From positions 448,001 through 512,000 of the forward strand of contig JAULAX010000017.1 in the NCBI GenBank assembly GCA_032654565.1: a stretch of 64,000 nt of DNA, given 5' to 3'. Under the pieces are notes generated by a model. The model was not told the origin of the DNA. It saw only the letters and a list, made by a program, of their open reading frames with translations, and made no database searches. Made by a program: the position numbers and the translations under genes. Positions 50,896-62,520 of the stretch are shown one piece after another (the first letter of the stretch is position 1; every line of letters starts with the position of its first letter). This stretch comes from Anaeromyxobacteraceae bacterium (GTDB taxonomy: Bacteria > Myxococcota > Myxococcia > Myxococcales > Anaeromyxobacteraceae).

Positions 50896-50965
50896 ACGCT
50901 GCTCCTCGGGGAAGTCCCCTGCCGGCCGGTGCGAAGGCGCCCCGGGCCGGCCCAAAAGAAGGCGT

Positions 50966-50993
50966 AGGATATGGATCTCGCGGGCAAAGTCAA
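50966..50993 (-). promoter_or_regulatory. Putative infC promoter
   Basis: TTGACT-N16-TATCCT immediately after the hairpin that follows ilvC. Confidence 0.55.
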
Positions 50994-51052
50994 ACGGGGG
51001 CCCCGGCGCCGGGCTGGCGCGGGCCCCCTCCCCTGCCCTGGCAAGACCCGGG

Positions 51053-52105
<1,053 letters not shown>

Positions 52106-52648
52106 CTACTTCAGCGTGGGGGGGGCCAGCGTCTTGAAGCCGCGCTCCAGCGCGATGCGGCCGGAGCGGCAGATCTCCTGGATGCCGAAGGCGCGCAGCC
52201 GGTCCTCGAGCGCCTCCAGCTTGCCGCTGTTGCCGGAGGCCTCGACCACCAGGGCGTCCGGGGAGACGTCGACGATGGTGGCCTCGTAGGTCTCGGCCAG
52301 GGCCCGCAGCTCGGCGTGGTTGCGCTCCGGGGTGCGGATCTTCACCAGCATCAGCTCCCGCTCGATGAGGTCCTGGGGGGCCAGCTCGCGGACCTCGACC
52401 ACCGGCACCAGCTTCTGCACCTGGCGGACCACCTGCTCCACGGTCTTGGTGGAGAGCCGGACCACGATGGTCATGCGCGAGTAGTCGGGGCGCTCGGTGG
52501 GCCCCACCGTGAGGCTGGCGATGTTGTAGCCGCGCCGGGAGAAGAGGCCGGCGATGCGGTGGAGCACGCCCGGCTTGTTCTCGACCAGGAGGCTGATGGT
52601 GTGGGTGGAGCCGTTGGGCACTTCTTCGTTCCGTTCCATCGTTGTCAC
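52106..52648 (-). CDS. ilvN: Acetolactate synthase small subunit
   Basis: VENKPGVL, FSRRGYNIASL, RSGRIAL; start uncertain. Confidence 0.95.
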   Translation of the reverse strand: MTTMERNEEVPNGSTHTISLLVENKPGVLHRIAGLFSRRGYNIASLTVGPTERPDYSRMTIVVRLSTKTVEQVVRQVQKLVPVVEVRELAPQDLIERELMLVKIRTPERNHAELRALAETYEATIVDVSPDALVVEASGNSGKLEALEDRLRAFGIQEICRSGRIALERGFKTLAPPTLK

Positions 52649-54351
52649 TCCCCGTCGATCATGTCGTTGAGAGGCGCACCCGCCGGGACCATGGGGAAGA
52701 CCTTCTCCTGGCGGCGGATGCGCACGTCGATGATGGTGGGCCCGCCGGTGTTGGCGAGGGCCTGGTCGATGACCTGGTCCAGCTCATCCACGGTCCGGGC
52801 CCGCAGGCCGAGGCACCCGTAGGCGTCGGCCAGCTTGACGAAGTCGGGGCAGTCGGAGAGCGGGGTCTGGGCGAAGCGGTTCTCGTAGAAGAGCTCCTGC
52901 CACTGCCGGACCATGCCGAGGAAGAGGTTGTTGAGGATGAAGATCTTGATGGGCAGGTTGAGGTCGCGCGCCGTGGCCAGGTCCTGCAGCGTCATCTGGA
53001 AGGAGCCGTCGCCGTCGATGCCGATGACGGTCTCGCCGGGGCGGCCCAGCTGGATGCCGATGGCCGAGGGCAGGCAGAAGCCCATGGTCCCGAGGCCGCC
53101 CGAGGTGATGAACTGGCGCGGGCCGGAGGTCTTCCACCACTGGGCGGCGAACATCTGGTGCTCGCCGACGCCGGTGGTGACCACCGCCTTGCCGCCGCAC
53201 TTCTTCCAGATGGCCTCGATGACGTACTGCGGGAGGAGGTACTTCTGGCCGTCCTGCTGGTACTTGAGCGGGTGCTTCTCCCGCCAGGCCGCCACCTTCT
53301 GCACCCACGGGGCCAGGTCGGGGCGCCCCTGGGCGGCGAAGACCCGCCGCACCTCCTCGGTGAGCTGCGGCAGCAGCCGCTTCAGGTCGCCCACCAGCGG
53401 CACCGTGGCGGTGACCAGCTTGGAGATCTCGGCCGGGTCGACGTCGAGGTGGACCACCTTGGCCTCGGGGGCGAAGGTGGAGAGCTTGCCGGTGACCCGG
53501 TCGTCGAAGCGGGCCCCCAGCGCGATGAGCAGGTCGGAGTTCTGCACCGCGTAGTTGGCGAACTTGGCGCCGTGCATGCCGAACATGCCGAGGCACTGCG
53601 GGCTGGTCTCGGGGAAGGCCCCCTTGCCGTGCAGGGTGGTGACCACCGGCGCCCCCACCAGCTCGGCGAAGGCCGCCACCTCGGCGTGGGCGTCGGCGGT
53701 GCGCACCCCGCCGCCCAGGTAGATGATGGGGCGCGAGGCCCCCCGGATCAGCGTGGCGGCGTCCTTGAGCCGCGGCTCCTCGCGGACCGGCGGGTGGTAG
53801 CCGGGGATGGAGACCGAGTCGGGGTACTCGAACTCGAACTCGGTGTTCTGGATGTCCTTGGGGATGTCCACCAGCACCGGCCCGGGGCGCCCGGTGCGGG
53901 CGATGTAGAAGGCCTCCTTGAGGATGCGCGGCAGGTCCTTGACGTCGGTCACCAGCCAGTTGTGCTTGGTGATGGGCATGGTGATGCCGGTGATGTCGGC
54001 CTCCTGGAAGGCGTCGGAGCCGATCAGGCTGGTGGCGACGTTGCCGGTGATGGCGACCAGCGGCACCGAGTCCATGTAGGCGTCGGCGATGGCGGTCACC
54101 AGGTTGGTGGCGCCGGGGCCGGAGGTGCCGAAGCAGACCCCGACCTTGCCGGTGGCCTGGGCGAACCCCTCGGCGGCGTGGCCGCCCACCTGCTCGTGGC
54201 GGACCAGCACCTGCGTGATCTTCTCGCAGCCGAACATGGCGTCGTAGATGGGCAGGATGGTCCCGCCCGGCATGCCGAAGACGTACTCGACGCCCTCCAG
54301 CTCGAGGGCGCGGCGGACCGCCATCGCGCCGGTGATCTTCTCCTTGGCCAT
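52645..54351 (-). CDS. ilvB: Acetolactate synthase large subunit
   Basis: RHEQ, TSGPGATN, SGGLGTMG, GDGSFQM. Confidence 0.97.
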   Translation of the reverse strand: MAKEKITGAMAVRRALELEGVEYVFGMPGGTILPIYDAMFGCEKITQVLVRHEQVGGHAAEGFAQATGKVGVCFGTSGPGATNLVTAIADAYMDSVPLVAITGNVATSLIGSDAFQEADITGITMPITKHNWLVTDVKDLPRILKEAFYIARTGRPGPVLVDIPKDIQNTEFEFEYPDSVSIPGYHPPVREEPRLKDAATLIRGASRPIIYLGGGVRTADAHAEVAAFAELVGAPVVTTLHGKGAFPETSPQCLGMFGMHGAKFANYAVQNSDLLIALGARFDDRVTGKLSTFAPEAKVVHLDVDPAEISKLVTATVPLVGDLKRLLPQLTEEVRRVFAAQGRPDLAPWVQKVAAWREKHPLKYQQDGQKYLLPQYVIEAIWKKCGGKAVVTTGVGEHQMFAAQWWKTSGPRQFITSGGLGTMGFCLPSAIGIQLGRPGETVIGIDGDGSFQMTLQDLATARDLNLPIKIFILNNLFLGMVRQWQELFYENRFAQTPLSDCPDFVKLADAYGCLGLRARTVDELDQVIDQALANTGGPTIIDVRIRRQEKVFPMVPAGAPLNDMIDGE

Positions 54352-54409
54352 TGCTCGCTCCGTGTCGCTTGGTGTCGCTGGGTTTCGCTAGGTGAGAGGG
54401 AAAGGGGGT

Positions 54410-55474
54410 TCAGGCCACCGGGCTGGCGTGCTGCAGCGCGCGTACCACCGCGGCCCCGGCCTCGGCGGTGCTGGCGCGCCCGCCGAGATCCGGGGTGAGC
54501 AGGCCGGCGGCGATGGCCTGGTCGACGGCCCGCTCCACCGCCGCCGCCTCGGCCTCCAGGCCGAGCGAGTGGCGCAGCAGCATGGCCACGCTCATGATGG
54601 TGCCGTAGGGGTTGGCGACGCCACGGCCGGCGATGTCCGGGGCCGAGCCGTGGATGGGCTCGTAGAGGCCGCAGCGGCCGGCGCCCAGCGAGGCCGAGGG
54701 CAGCAGGCCGATGGAGCCGGCCAGCACCGAGGCCTCGTCGGTGAGGATGTCGCCGAACATGTTCTCGGTGACCACCACGTCGAAGTCGGATGGGCGGCGC
54801 ACCAGCTGCATGGCGCAGCTGTCGACCAGCTGGTGCTCGAGCTGGCAGTCGGGGAACTCGGCCTTGACCACCCGCTCCGCCACCTCGCGCCAGAGCCGCG
54901 AGGTCTCCAGCACGTTGGCCTTGTCGACGCTGGTGATCTTCCTGCGCCGGGTGCGGGCCAGCCGCCCCGCCACCCGGACCACCCGCTCCACCTCCTCGAC
55001 GGTGTAGCTGCAGAGGTCGGAGGCGCTGGTGGCGGTCCGCGTCTTCTCGCCGAAGTAGATGCCGCCGGTCAGCTCGCGCACCACCAGCAGGTCGACCCCC
55101 ACCAGCAGCTCCGCCTTGAGCGGCGAGGCGGCCGCCAGCCGCGGGTTGACGGTGACCGGGCGCAGGTTGGCGAAGAGGCCGAGCTCGCGCCGCAGCGCCA
55201 GCAGCCCCTGCTCGGGCCGGACCGGCGCCGACGGACCCCAGCGCGGGCCGCCGATGGCGCCGAAGAGGATGGCGTCGGAGGCGCGGCAGAGCGCCAGGGT
55301 CTCGGCCGGGAGCGGCTGCCCGGTGGCGTCGATGGCGGCACCGCCCACCAGCGCCTCGGTCAACTCGAAGTGGTGGCCGGCCCGGGCGGCCACGGCGCGG
55401 AGCACCGCCGCCCCCTGGGCCGCCACCTCGGGGCCGATGCCGTCGCCGCCGAGGACCGCGATGCGAGCCTTCAT
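54410..55474 (-). CDS. leuB: 3-isopropylmalate dehydrogenase
   Basis: [43 protein letters not shown]. Confidence 0.97.
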   Translation of the reverse strand: MKARIAVLGGDGIGPEVAAQGAAVLRAVAARAGHHFELTEALVGGAAIDATGQPLPAETLALCRASDAILFGAIGGPRWGPSAPVRPEQGLLALRRELGLFANLRPVTVNPRLAAASPLKAELLVGVDLLVVRELTGGIYFGEKTRTATSASDLCSYTVEEVERVVRVAGRLARTRRRKITSVDKANVLETSRLWREVAERVVKAEFPDCQLEHQLVDSCAMQLVRRPSDFDVVVTENMFGDILTDEASVLAGSIGLLPSASLGAGRCGLYEPIHGSAPDIAGRGVANPYGTIMSVAMLLRHSLGLEAEAAAVERAVDQAIAAGLLTPDLGGRASTAEAGAAVVRALQHASPVA

Positions 55475-56043
55475 CGCGCCCCCTCGTAGCTGGTGATGGC
55501 CCCGGCCTGGCCGAGCAGGAAGCCGAGCTCGTCGACGCCGTTGAGCAGGCAGTAGCGGCTGAAGCCGTCGATGGGGAACTTCACCACCGCCCCGCCGGGG
55601 AGGGTCACGGTCTGGGCCTCGAGGTCGATGCGCACCAGCGCCCCCGGGGCGGCCAGCAGGGCGGCGTGGCTGGCCGCGTCGATGACGATGGGGAGCAGCC
55701 CGTTCTTGAGGGCGTTGCTCTTGAAGATGTCGGCGATGCGGGTGGAGAGGATGGCGCGGAAGCCGTAGTCGTGCAGCGCCCAGGGGGCGTGCTCGCGCGA
55801 GGAGCCGCAGCCGAAGTTCTCGCCGGCCACCAGCACGGCGCAGCCCTGCGCCTCCGGCCGGTTGAGGACGAAGTCGGGCAGCGGCGCGCCGTCCGGCCCG
55901 TAGCGCCAGTCGGCGAAGGCCGCCTTCCCCAGGCCGGCCTTGTCGGTGACCTTGAGGAAGCGGGCCGGGATGATCTGGTCGGTGTCGATGTTCTCCCGGG
56001 GGAGGAGCACCGTCCGGCTCTCGATGACGCGGATGGGGTTCAC
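55471..56043 (-). CDS. leuD: Isopropylmalate isomerase small subunit
   Basis: [20 protein letters not shown]. Confidence 0.97.
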   Translation of the reverse strand: MNPIRVIESRTVLLPRENIDTDQIIPARFLKVTDKAGLGKAAFADWRYGPDGAPLPDFVLNRPEAQGCAVLVAGENFGCGSSREHAPWALHDYGFRAILSTRIADIFKSNALKNGLLPIVIDAASHAALLAAPGALVRIDLEAQTVTLPGGAVVKFPIDGFSRYCLLNGVDELGFLLGQAGAITSYEGAR

Positions 56044-57476
56044 GGGCGCACCTCGGCGAAGGTCCGGTGATCGGCCACCGCGCCGGCCACCGCCGCCGCC
56101 GCCGCCGTGGCCGGGCTGGCCAGCAGGGTCCTCCCACCAGCCCCTTGCCGCCCCTCGAAGTTCCGGTTGGAGGTGGAGACGCAGTACTGGCCGCGCTCGA
56201 TCCGGTCGCCGTTCATGGCGATGCACATCGAGCAGCCCGGCTCGCGCCACTCGGCGCCGGCGGCGCGGAAGACGGCGTCGAGCCCCTCGGCCTCGGCGGC
56301 CCGCTTGACCCGCATCGAGCCGGGGACGATCAGCGTCCGCGCCTTGACGGTGCGGCCGCGCAGCACCGCGGCCGCCTCGCGCAGGTCCTCGAGCCGGCCG
56401 TTGGTGCAGGAGCCGACGAAGACCACGTCGACGCGCTGCCCGAGGATGGGCTGGCCGGGGCGCAGCCCCATGTAGGCGAGCGCCCCCTGCAGCGAGGCCC
56501 GCGCCGCGGCGTCGGCCTCGCCGGCCGGGTCCGGCACCAGCGCCGAGATGGCGATGGCCTGGCCGGGGTTGGTGCCGAAGGTGATCATGGGGGCCAGCGA
56601 GGAGGCGTCGATGGTGAGCTCGCGGTCATAGCGCGCCCCGGGATCGCTGGGCAGCGTCCGCCAGCGGGCCACCGCCTCGTCCCAGGCCTTCCCCTGCGGC
56701 GCCTTCGCCCTCCCCTTCAGCCAGGCGAAGGTGACGTCGTCCGGGGCGATCATGCCGGCGCGGGCCCCGGCCTCGATCGACATGTTGCAGAGGGTCATGC
56801 GGGCCTCCATGGAGAGCGCCCGCACCGCCTCGCCGAGGTACTCGATGACGTGGCCGGTGCCGCCGCCGACGCCGAGCCGGGCGATGATGGCCAGGACCAG
56901 GTCCTTGGCCCCCACCCCGGCCGGCAGCCGCCCCTCCACCCGCACCGCCAGCGACTTCGGACGGCGCTGCAGCAGGCACTGGGTGGCCAGCACGTGGCCC
57001 ACCTCGGAGGTGCCGATGCCGAAGGCCAGCGCCCCGAAGGCGCCGTGGGTGGCGGTGTGGCTGTCGCCGCAGACCACCGTCATGCCCGGCTGGGTGGCGC
57101 CCATCTCCGGGCCGAAGACGTGGATCACGCCCTGGGCCTCGCTCCCCAGCCCGTGCAGCTCGACGCCGAAGGCGGCGGCGTTGGTGGCCAGCTGGGCCAC
57201 CTGGGCCTCGGCCTGGGCGTCCACGTAGGGCCGGCGGCCGTCGGCGAGCGGCGGCAGCGTGGGCGTGGAGTGGTCCATGGTGGCCAGCGTCCGGTCGAGC
57301 CGGCGCACCGGCAGGCCACGCTCGCGCAGCAGCGAGAAGGCCTGCGGGCTGGTCACCTCGTGGACCAGGTGCAGGTCGACGTAGAGCACCGCCGGCGTCT
57401 CGGGGGTCTCGGCCACCACCAGGTGGGCGTCCCAGACCTTCTGCAGCAGGGTGCGGGGCGTGGCGGGGGTGGTCAT
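56040..57476 (-). CDS. leuC: Isopropylmalate isomerase large subunit
   Basis: [35 protein letters not shown]. Confidence 0.97.
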   Translation of the reverse strand: MTTPATPRTLLQKVWDAHLVVAETPETPAVLYVDLHLVHEVTSPQAFSLLRERGLPVRRLDRTLATMDHSTPTLPPLADGRRPYVDAQAEAQVAQLATNAAAFGVELHGLGSEAQGVIHVFGPEMGATQPGMTVVCGDSHTATHGAFGALAFGIGTSEVGHVLATQCLLQRRPKSLAVRVEGRLPAGVGAKDLVLAIIARLGVGGGTGHVIEYLGEAVRALSMEARMTLCNMSIEAGARAGMIAPDDVTFAWLKGRAKAPQGKAWDEAVARWRTLPSDPGARYDRELTIDASSLAPMITFGTNPGQAIAISALVPDPAGEADAAARASLQGALAYMGLRPGQPILGQRVDVVFVGSCTNGRLEDLREAAAVLRGRTVKARTLIVPGSMRVKRAAEAEGLDAVFRAAGAEWREPGCSMCIAMNGDRIERGQYCVSTSNRNFEGRQGAGGRTLLASPATAAAAAVAGAVADHRTFAEVRP

Positions 57477-57478
57477 GC

Positions 57479-59113
57479 CTACGGCGTCCCCTGGGCGGCG
57501 AGGGGCGCGGCGGCGCCGGGGCCGGTCTTGAGCGCCACCCTGTTGATGACGTCGAGGAAGGCGCGGGCGCTCCCCTCGATGATGTCGGTGGAGAGGGCCC
57601 GGCCGCGGTAGACGCCGCTGGCGTGCTCGCAGTCGAGCGTCACCTCGCCCTGGGCATCCTCGCCGGTGGAGATGCTGGCGATCTGGTAGTCGCGCAGCTT
57701 GACGACGATGCCGGTGACCTGCTCGATGGCCTTGAAGACGGCGTCGACCGGGCCGTCGCCGGCCGCCACCGCCTGGCGGCGCTCGCCGGCGGCGTTGGTC
57801 AGGGCCACCGAGGCCACCGGCAGCGTGCCGGTGCCGGAGGTGGTGGAGAGGGCCGTGAGCGTCCAGGCCACCGCCCCCTTGCCGAGGATCTGCCCGTGGA
57901 CCACCAGGGCCTCGATGTCGGCGTCGTAGATCTCCTTCTTCTTGTCGGCCAGGGTCTTGAAGTCGGCGAAGACCTTGTCGACGGCGGCGTCCTCCAGCTG
58001 GTAGCCGAGCGCCACCAGCCGCTCCTTGAGGGCGTGGCGCCCCGAGTGCTTGCCCAGCACCAGGCTGGAGCGGGCGAAGCCGACCTCCTCCGGCCGCATG
58101 ATCTCGTAGGTCTCGCGGTTGGTGAGCATGCCGTGCTGGTGGATGCCGGCCTCGTGGGCGAAGGCGTTCTGCCCGACGATGGCCTTGTTGCGCTGCACGT
58201 GCAGGCCGGTCACCTGCGAGACCAGCCGGCTGGTGGGGTAGAGCCGCTCTGTCTTGACGCCGTGGCGCAGCTTGAGGACGTCCGCCCGGGTCTTGCAGGC
58301 CATGACGATCTCCTCGAGCGAGGCGTTGCCGGCCCGCTCGCCGATGCCGTTGATGGTGCACTCGACCTGGCGGGCCCCCTCCAGCACCCCGGCCAGCGAG
58401 TTGGCCACCGCCAGCCCGAGGTCGTTGTGGCAGTGGACCGAGATGACCGCCTTGTCGATGCCGCGGACGTGCTTCTTGAGGTGGCGGATGGTCTCGGCGT
58501 AGGTGGAGGGGAGCGCGTAGCCGACGGTGTCGGGGATGTTGACGGTGGTGGCGCCGGCCTCGATGGTCCGCTCCACCACCTCGACCAGGAAGTCGAGCTC
58601 GGTGCGGGCCGAGTCCTCGGCGGAGAACTCGACGTCGTCGAACCTCTCCCGCGCCATCTTCACGCCCTCGACGGCCCGGCGGATGATCTCCTCCTTGGCC
58701 ATCTTCAGCTTGAAGTCGCGGTGGATGGGGCTGGTGGCCAGGAAGACGTGGCAGCGGCGGTGGGGGGCGTCCTTGAGCGCCTCCCAGGAGGCGGCGATGT
58801 CGCCCTTGTTGCAGCGGGAGAGGCTGGTGATGATGGGCCCCTCGACCAGGCGGCTCACCCCCTGGATGGCCTCGAGATCGCCCGGGGAGGCGGCGGCGAA
58901 GCCGGCCTCGATGACGTCGACGCCGAGGTCGCGCAGGGCGCGGGCCACCTGGAGCTTCTGCTCCAGGTTCATCGAGGCGCCGGGCGACTGCTCGCCGTCG
59001 CGCAGGGTGGTGTCGAAGATGATGATGCGGTCGGTTCCGGACTGGCTCACGCTGGTGGCTCCAATGCTGGCGGCGTCGGTTCGTGCTGCGGGTGCGGTGG
59101 GCTGCTTCGACAT
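57479..59113 (-). CDS. leuA: 2-isopropylmalate synthase
   Basis: [22 protein letters not shown], regulatory domain GDGPVDA. Confidence 0.97.
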   Translation of the reverse strand: MSKQPTAPAARTDAASIGATSVSQSGTDRIIIFDTTLRDGEQSPGASMNLEQKLQVARALRDLGVDVIEAGFAAASPGDLEAIQGVSRLVEGPIITSLSRCNKGDIAASWEALKDAPHRRCHVFLATSPIHRDFKLKMAKEEIIRRAVEGVKMARERFDDVEFSAEDSARTELDFLVEVVERTIEAGATTVNIPDTVGYALPSTYAETIRHLKKHVRGIDKAVISVHCHNDLGLAVANSLAGVLEGARQVECTINGIGERAGNASLEEIVMACKTRADVLKLRHGVKTERLYPTSRLVSQVTGLHVQRNKAIVGQNAFAHEAGIHQHGMLTNRETYEIMRPEEVGFARSSLVLGKHSGRHALKERLVALGYQLEDAAVDKVFADFKTLADKKKEIYDADIEALVVHGQILGKGAVAWTLTALSTTSGTGTLPVASVALTNAAGERRQAVAAGDGPVDAVFKAIEQVTGIVVKLRDYQIASISTGEDAQGEVTLDCEHASGVYRGRALSTDIIEGSARAFLDVINRVALKTGPGAAAPLAAQGTP

Positions 59114-59212
59114 GGGTGGTCCCCGGGCTCCTGGTGTGGGGCCGAAGAGGGTGGCTCGCCTGTCGAGGGCAACCTCTTCAGCCGGAAGGGCGAAAGAGGT
59201 CGCGGCGCAGCG

Positions 59213-59278
59213 TCACCCTGGCCGGGATACCTCTCCCGCCGGGCTAAGAAGTCGACGCCTGCTGCTCGCGAAATTCAT
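59213..59278 (-). CDS. Putative leu/ilv leader peptide MNFASSRRRLLSPAGEVSRPG
   Basis: 21-aa uORF with tandem CTT-CTT, followed by alternative pairing segments. Confidence 0.65.
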   Translation of the reverse strand: MNFASSRRRLLSPAGEVSRPG

Positions 59279-59288
59279 TGAGCGGTGG

Positions 59289-59318
59289 AGGGTAATGGAG
59301 CGCCCCCGGTCTGGTCAA
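59289..59318 (-). promoter_or_regulatory. Putative promoter of the leu-ilv operon
   Basis: TTGACC-N18-TACCCT, 10 nt upstream of the leader ATG. Confidence 0.6.
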
Positions 59319-59423
59319 GCGGGAGGGCGCTGAAACAGCGGCAGGGCGCCGAAAGCTGTCTAGGCCGCAGCGGCGTCGCTCCATCAACGGACGGTCCTGG
59401 GTGGCGAGTCGCCGCGGCCGGGC

Positions 59424-61385
59424 TCAGTACGGCGGCGTGGCCTCGCGGGCCAGCAGCTCGATGAAGGCGTCGAGCGGCATGGTCTTCAGGTCCTCGCCGC
59501 CGTGCCGCCGCGGCGAGACCCCCTGGGCCTCGACCTCCTTCTCGCCCACCACCAGCGTGAAGGGGAGCTTGGCCAGCTGGCCGTTGCGGATCTTGGCGCC
59601 CAGCTTGTCGTTGGAGTCGTCGAGCTCCACCCGCCACCCGCGCGCCCGCAGCCGCTCGGCCACGGTGCGCCCCCAGGCCACCGATCCCTCGGAGACGGTG
59701 ACCACCCGGGCCTGCACCGGCGCCAGCCAGGCCGGGAAGGCGCCGGCGTAGTGCTCGGTGAGGATGGCGATGAACCGCTCGAAGGAGCCGTAGATGGCCC
59801 GGTGGATCACCACCGGCCGGTGCTCGGCGTTGTCGGCCCCCACGTAGGCGAGGTCGAAGCGCTCCGGCGCCGCGTAGTCGAGCTGGATGGTGCAGGTCTG
59901 CCACTGCCGGCCCAGCGAGTCGGTGACGGTGAAGTCGATCTTGGGGCCGTAGAAGGCGCCGTCGCCGGCGTTGAGCGTCCAGGGCAGGCCGATCTGCTCG
60001 AGCGCCGCCTGCAGCGCCCCCTCGGCCTTGTCCCAGAGGGCGTCGTCGCCGATGCGGTCGGCCTGGAGCGGCGGGCGGGTGGAGAACTGCAGCGCGAACT
60101 GCAGGCCGAAGGCGCCGTAGACGATCTTCATCAGGTCGACGATGCGCCGCACCTCGTCGGCGATCTGCGACTCCATCAGGTAGATGTGCGAGTCGTCCTG
60201 CTCGAACTGGCGGACCCGGGTCAGGCCGCCCAGCGAGCCGGAGGCCTCGTTCCGGTGCAGGGCGTCGGTGGTGTAGTAGCGCAGCGGCAGCTCGCGGTAG
60301 CTGCGCTTCCCCATCTGGTAGATGAGGTGGTGTGACGGGCAGTTCATGGGCTTGAGCGAGAAGCTGCAGCGCTCGTCGAGCGGCAGGCTCTCGTCCGACT
60401 CGCTGTCCACCACAAGGAACATGTTCTTCTTGTAGGGCCCCCAGTGGCCGCTCTGCTCCCAGAGCCGCTTGTTGAAGAGCAGCGGCGTCTTCACCTCCTG
60501 GTAGCCGTTCTTGTTGACGAGGCGGCGCATGGCCTCCTCGAGCACGTTGTAGAGGGTGGTGCCGGCCGGCAGCCAGAAGGGCGAGCCCGGGGCGTACTCG
60601 TGGAAGGCGAAGAGGCCGAGCGCCGGCCCCAGCTTGCGGTGGTCGCGCTTCTTCACCTCCTCCTGCTTGAGGAGGTGGGCGTCGAGCGCCTTCTTGTCGA
60701 AGAAGGCGGTGCCGTAGATGCGCTGCAGCATGGCGTTCTTGGAGTCGCCCCGCCAGTAGGCGCCGGCCACCGAGGTGAGCTTGACCACGCCGATGCGGGC
60801 GGTGGAGGGGCCGTGCGGCCCGAGGCAGAAGTCGACCCAGCCGGCGTGGCGGTAGAGGGTCAGCGTCTTCGCCCCCTTGGCGGCGATGTCGCGGATGATC
60901 TCGACCTTGTACTTCTCGCCCTGGCCCTCGAAGAGCGCCAGGGCGGCCTCCATCGACACCTCCTCGCGGACGAAGGGGTGGTCGGCCTTGATGGCCTCGT
61001 TGGTGGCGAGCTCGATCGTCGCCAGGTCCTCGGGCGTGAAGGGCGTGGGGCGGGCGAAGTCGTAGTAGAAGCCGTCCTCGATGGACGGGCCGATGGTGAC
61101 CTGGGTGCCGGGGAAGAGCTGCTGCACCACGCTGGCCATGACGTGGGCGGCGTCGTGGCGGGCCACCTCGAGGGCCTCGGGGTTCTTGGGGGTGATGACC
61201 TCGAGCCGGGCGTCGACGTCGATGGTGCGGGCCAGGTCGACCGGCTGGCCGTCGAGCTTGGCGATGTAGGCGGCCTTGGCGAGGCCGGCGCCGATGTGGA
61301 GCTTGACGAAGTCGAGCACGGTGATGCCGCGCGCCGCCTCCTTCTTCGAGCCGTCGGGGAGCGTGACTGTGACCAGTTCAGACAT
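59424..61385 (-). CDS. thrS: Threonine-tRNA ligase
   Basis: TGS domain, [41 protein letters not shown]. Confidence 0.98.
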   Translation of the reverse strand: MSELVTVTLPDGSKKEAARGITVLDFVKLHIGAGLAKAAYIAKLDGQPVDLARTIDVDARLEVITPKNPEALEVARHDAAHVMASVVQQLFPGTQVTIGPSIEDGFYYDFARPTPFTPEDLATIELATNEAIKADHPFVREEVSMEAALALFEGQGEKYKVEIIRDIAAKGAKTLTLYRHAGWVDFCLGPHGPSTARIGVVKLTSVAGAYWRGDSKNAMLQRIYGTAFFDKKALDAHLLKQEEVKKRDHRKLGPALGLFAFHEYAPGSPFWLPAGTTLYNVLEEAMRRLVNKNGYQEVKTPLLFNKRLWEQSGHWGPYKKNMFLVVDSESDESLPLDERCSFSLKPMNCPSHHLIYQMGKRSYRELPLRYYTTDALHRNEASGSLGGLTRVRQFEQDDSHIYLMESQIADEVRRIVDLMKIVYGAFGLQFALQFSTRPPLQADRIGDDALWDKAEGALQAALEQIGLPWTLNAGDGAFYGPKIDFTVTDSLGRQWQTCTIQLDYAAPERFDLAYVGADNAEHRPVVIHRAIYGSFERFIAILTEHYAGAFPAWLAPVQARVVTVSEGSVAWGRTVAERLRARGWRVELDDSNDKLGAKIRNGQLAKLPFTLVVGEKEVEAQGVSPRRHGGEDLKTMPLDAFIELLAREATPPY

Positions 61386-61415
61386 GCGAAGTAGGTATCG
61401 CTGAACGGGGGAAAA

Positions 61416-61516
61416 CTCAATCGCGCGCGCTTCAGCGCGCGCAACCGAGGAGCATCAGGACGCGGGTCCAGCTCACATCGCGCGGCCCATTCGCGCCGCC
61501 TTCAGGCGGCGCAACC
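61416..61516. repeat. Two covarying hairpins at a 70-nt period
   Basis: tcgcgcgcgc-ttca-gcgcgcgcaacc and tcgcgccgcc-ttca-ggcggcgcaacc. Confidence 0.7.
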
Positions 61517-61626
61517 CGGAATCACCAGGAACCGGATCCAGATCGGTCTCGCGATCGAAGGGTCCCGCTCACCGATCGGGAGGCGCAGCGAGGGGAGCGC
61601 GCGGACGGGCGGCTTCGCTGGGGCAC

Positions 61627-61780
61627 GGTCGGGGTCGGGGTCGGGTCGTGGTCGGGATCGCGGGCTCGGGATCGCGGCCGACGTCGCGGGCTCGGGGTCG
61701 AGGTCGCGGTCGCGGTTGCGGCCGGGGATCGCCGTCGCGGTTTGCACTCGCGGGCTTCAGTCGGTCGCGGGTCGCGATCG
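61627..61780. repeat. Degenerate GGGTCG/GGTCGC hexamer tract
   Basis: Repeated ggggtc/ggtcgc/ggatcg units with a strong strand G-skew. Confidence 0.7.
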
Positions 61781-61930
61781 CTGCGACACGGACCCTGGGT
61801 CGCTTTGGGCGCCCAAAGTTGCGAAGGAGGGATCCTTCCCGGGGTGGGTCAAATCGAGTTCGTGCGCGAACCGATTCAGGATCAACGTGACGCACCGTGC
61901 CGGCTGTCCGTCCCGGCGGTACCGTAGGGC

Positions 61931-62158
61931 ATGGACCTCCAGGAGCCGTTCCCCGAGCCGATGCTGCCCATGAGGGAGTGCGCCACCTGCCTGGGAACCG
62001 GCTGGGCACGTACCGACCGGCGACGGTCCCCCCGGCCCGACCTCACCGCCGCCATCGCCCAGGTGGAGCGCCAGCTGCAGGAACTCGACACCCGGTCAGC
62101 CGACCTGAAAGAGCTTCTCGGGTGGCTGCGCCGGCTGCTCGCCAGCCGTCCCGATTGA
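61931..62158 (+). CDS. Small hypothetical protein (CxxCxGxG plus coiled coil)
   Basis: GC3-rich codons, CATCLGTG motif, heptad helix; TACCGT 5 nt upstream of ATG. Confidence 0.5.
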   Translation: MDLQEPFPEPMLPMRECATCLGTGWARTDRRRSPRPDLTAAIAQVERQLQELDTRSADLKELLGWLRRLLASRPD

Positions 62159-62357
62159 CAGCTGGTGAAGAGGCCGTGGCCGCTCGAAGAGAGCGATCAA
62201 AGGGCAACACTCGGAAGCGCCCAGCGTGACCGCCCAGGCCGCCTGCAGCCCTCCCCCTCCCCGACGAGCCGCCGCGCCGGCTGGCGGGGCTCCTGCTTCA
62301 TCTACGAAGAGGCTGGCCCGAGACCTGAACTGTTACCTGGGAGCCGGCCCGGGCATG

Positions 62358-62391
62358 AAAAAGGGGAACCGCCGCGTGGCGATTCCCCTTT
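62358..62391 (-). terminator. Intrinsic terminator downstream of tRNA-Val
   Basis: AAAGGGGAATCGCC-ACGC-GGCGGTTCCCCTTTTT. Confidence 0.85.
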
Positions 62392-62404
62392 GGATTCCAG
62401 CTTG

Positions 62405-62476
<72 letters not shown>

Positions 62477-62520
62477 GAACTTCGACGGCGCGCGTTCATA
62501 GCTTGCCATCGCCGCCCTCG

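Noticed and set aside
61386..61420. T-box or E. coli-type thrS operator
   Set aside because: No T-box consensus; a promoter-like sequence lies immediately upstream of the ATG, leaving no room for a leader.
61416..61516. Bona fide CRISPR array
   Set aside because: Only two non-identical units, no third at the expected period and no cas genes in the window; kept only as a REP-like finding.
61502..62009. Minus-strand ORFs of 81 and 146 aa (PDPDPD/RPRPRP)
   Set aside because: Translations of the hexamer repeat tract, with no RBS or domain signal.
61871..62335. Possible att-site duplications of the tRNA 3' end (tcaggatcaacgtgacg; ggcccgagacctgaactg)
   Set aside because: Matches are short and gapped, and there is no integrase, so they are not distinguishable from chance.
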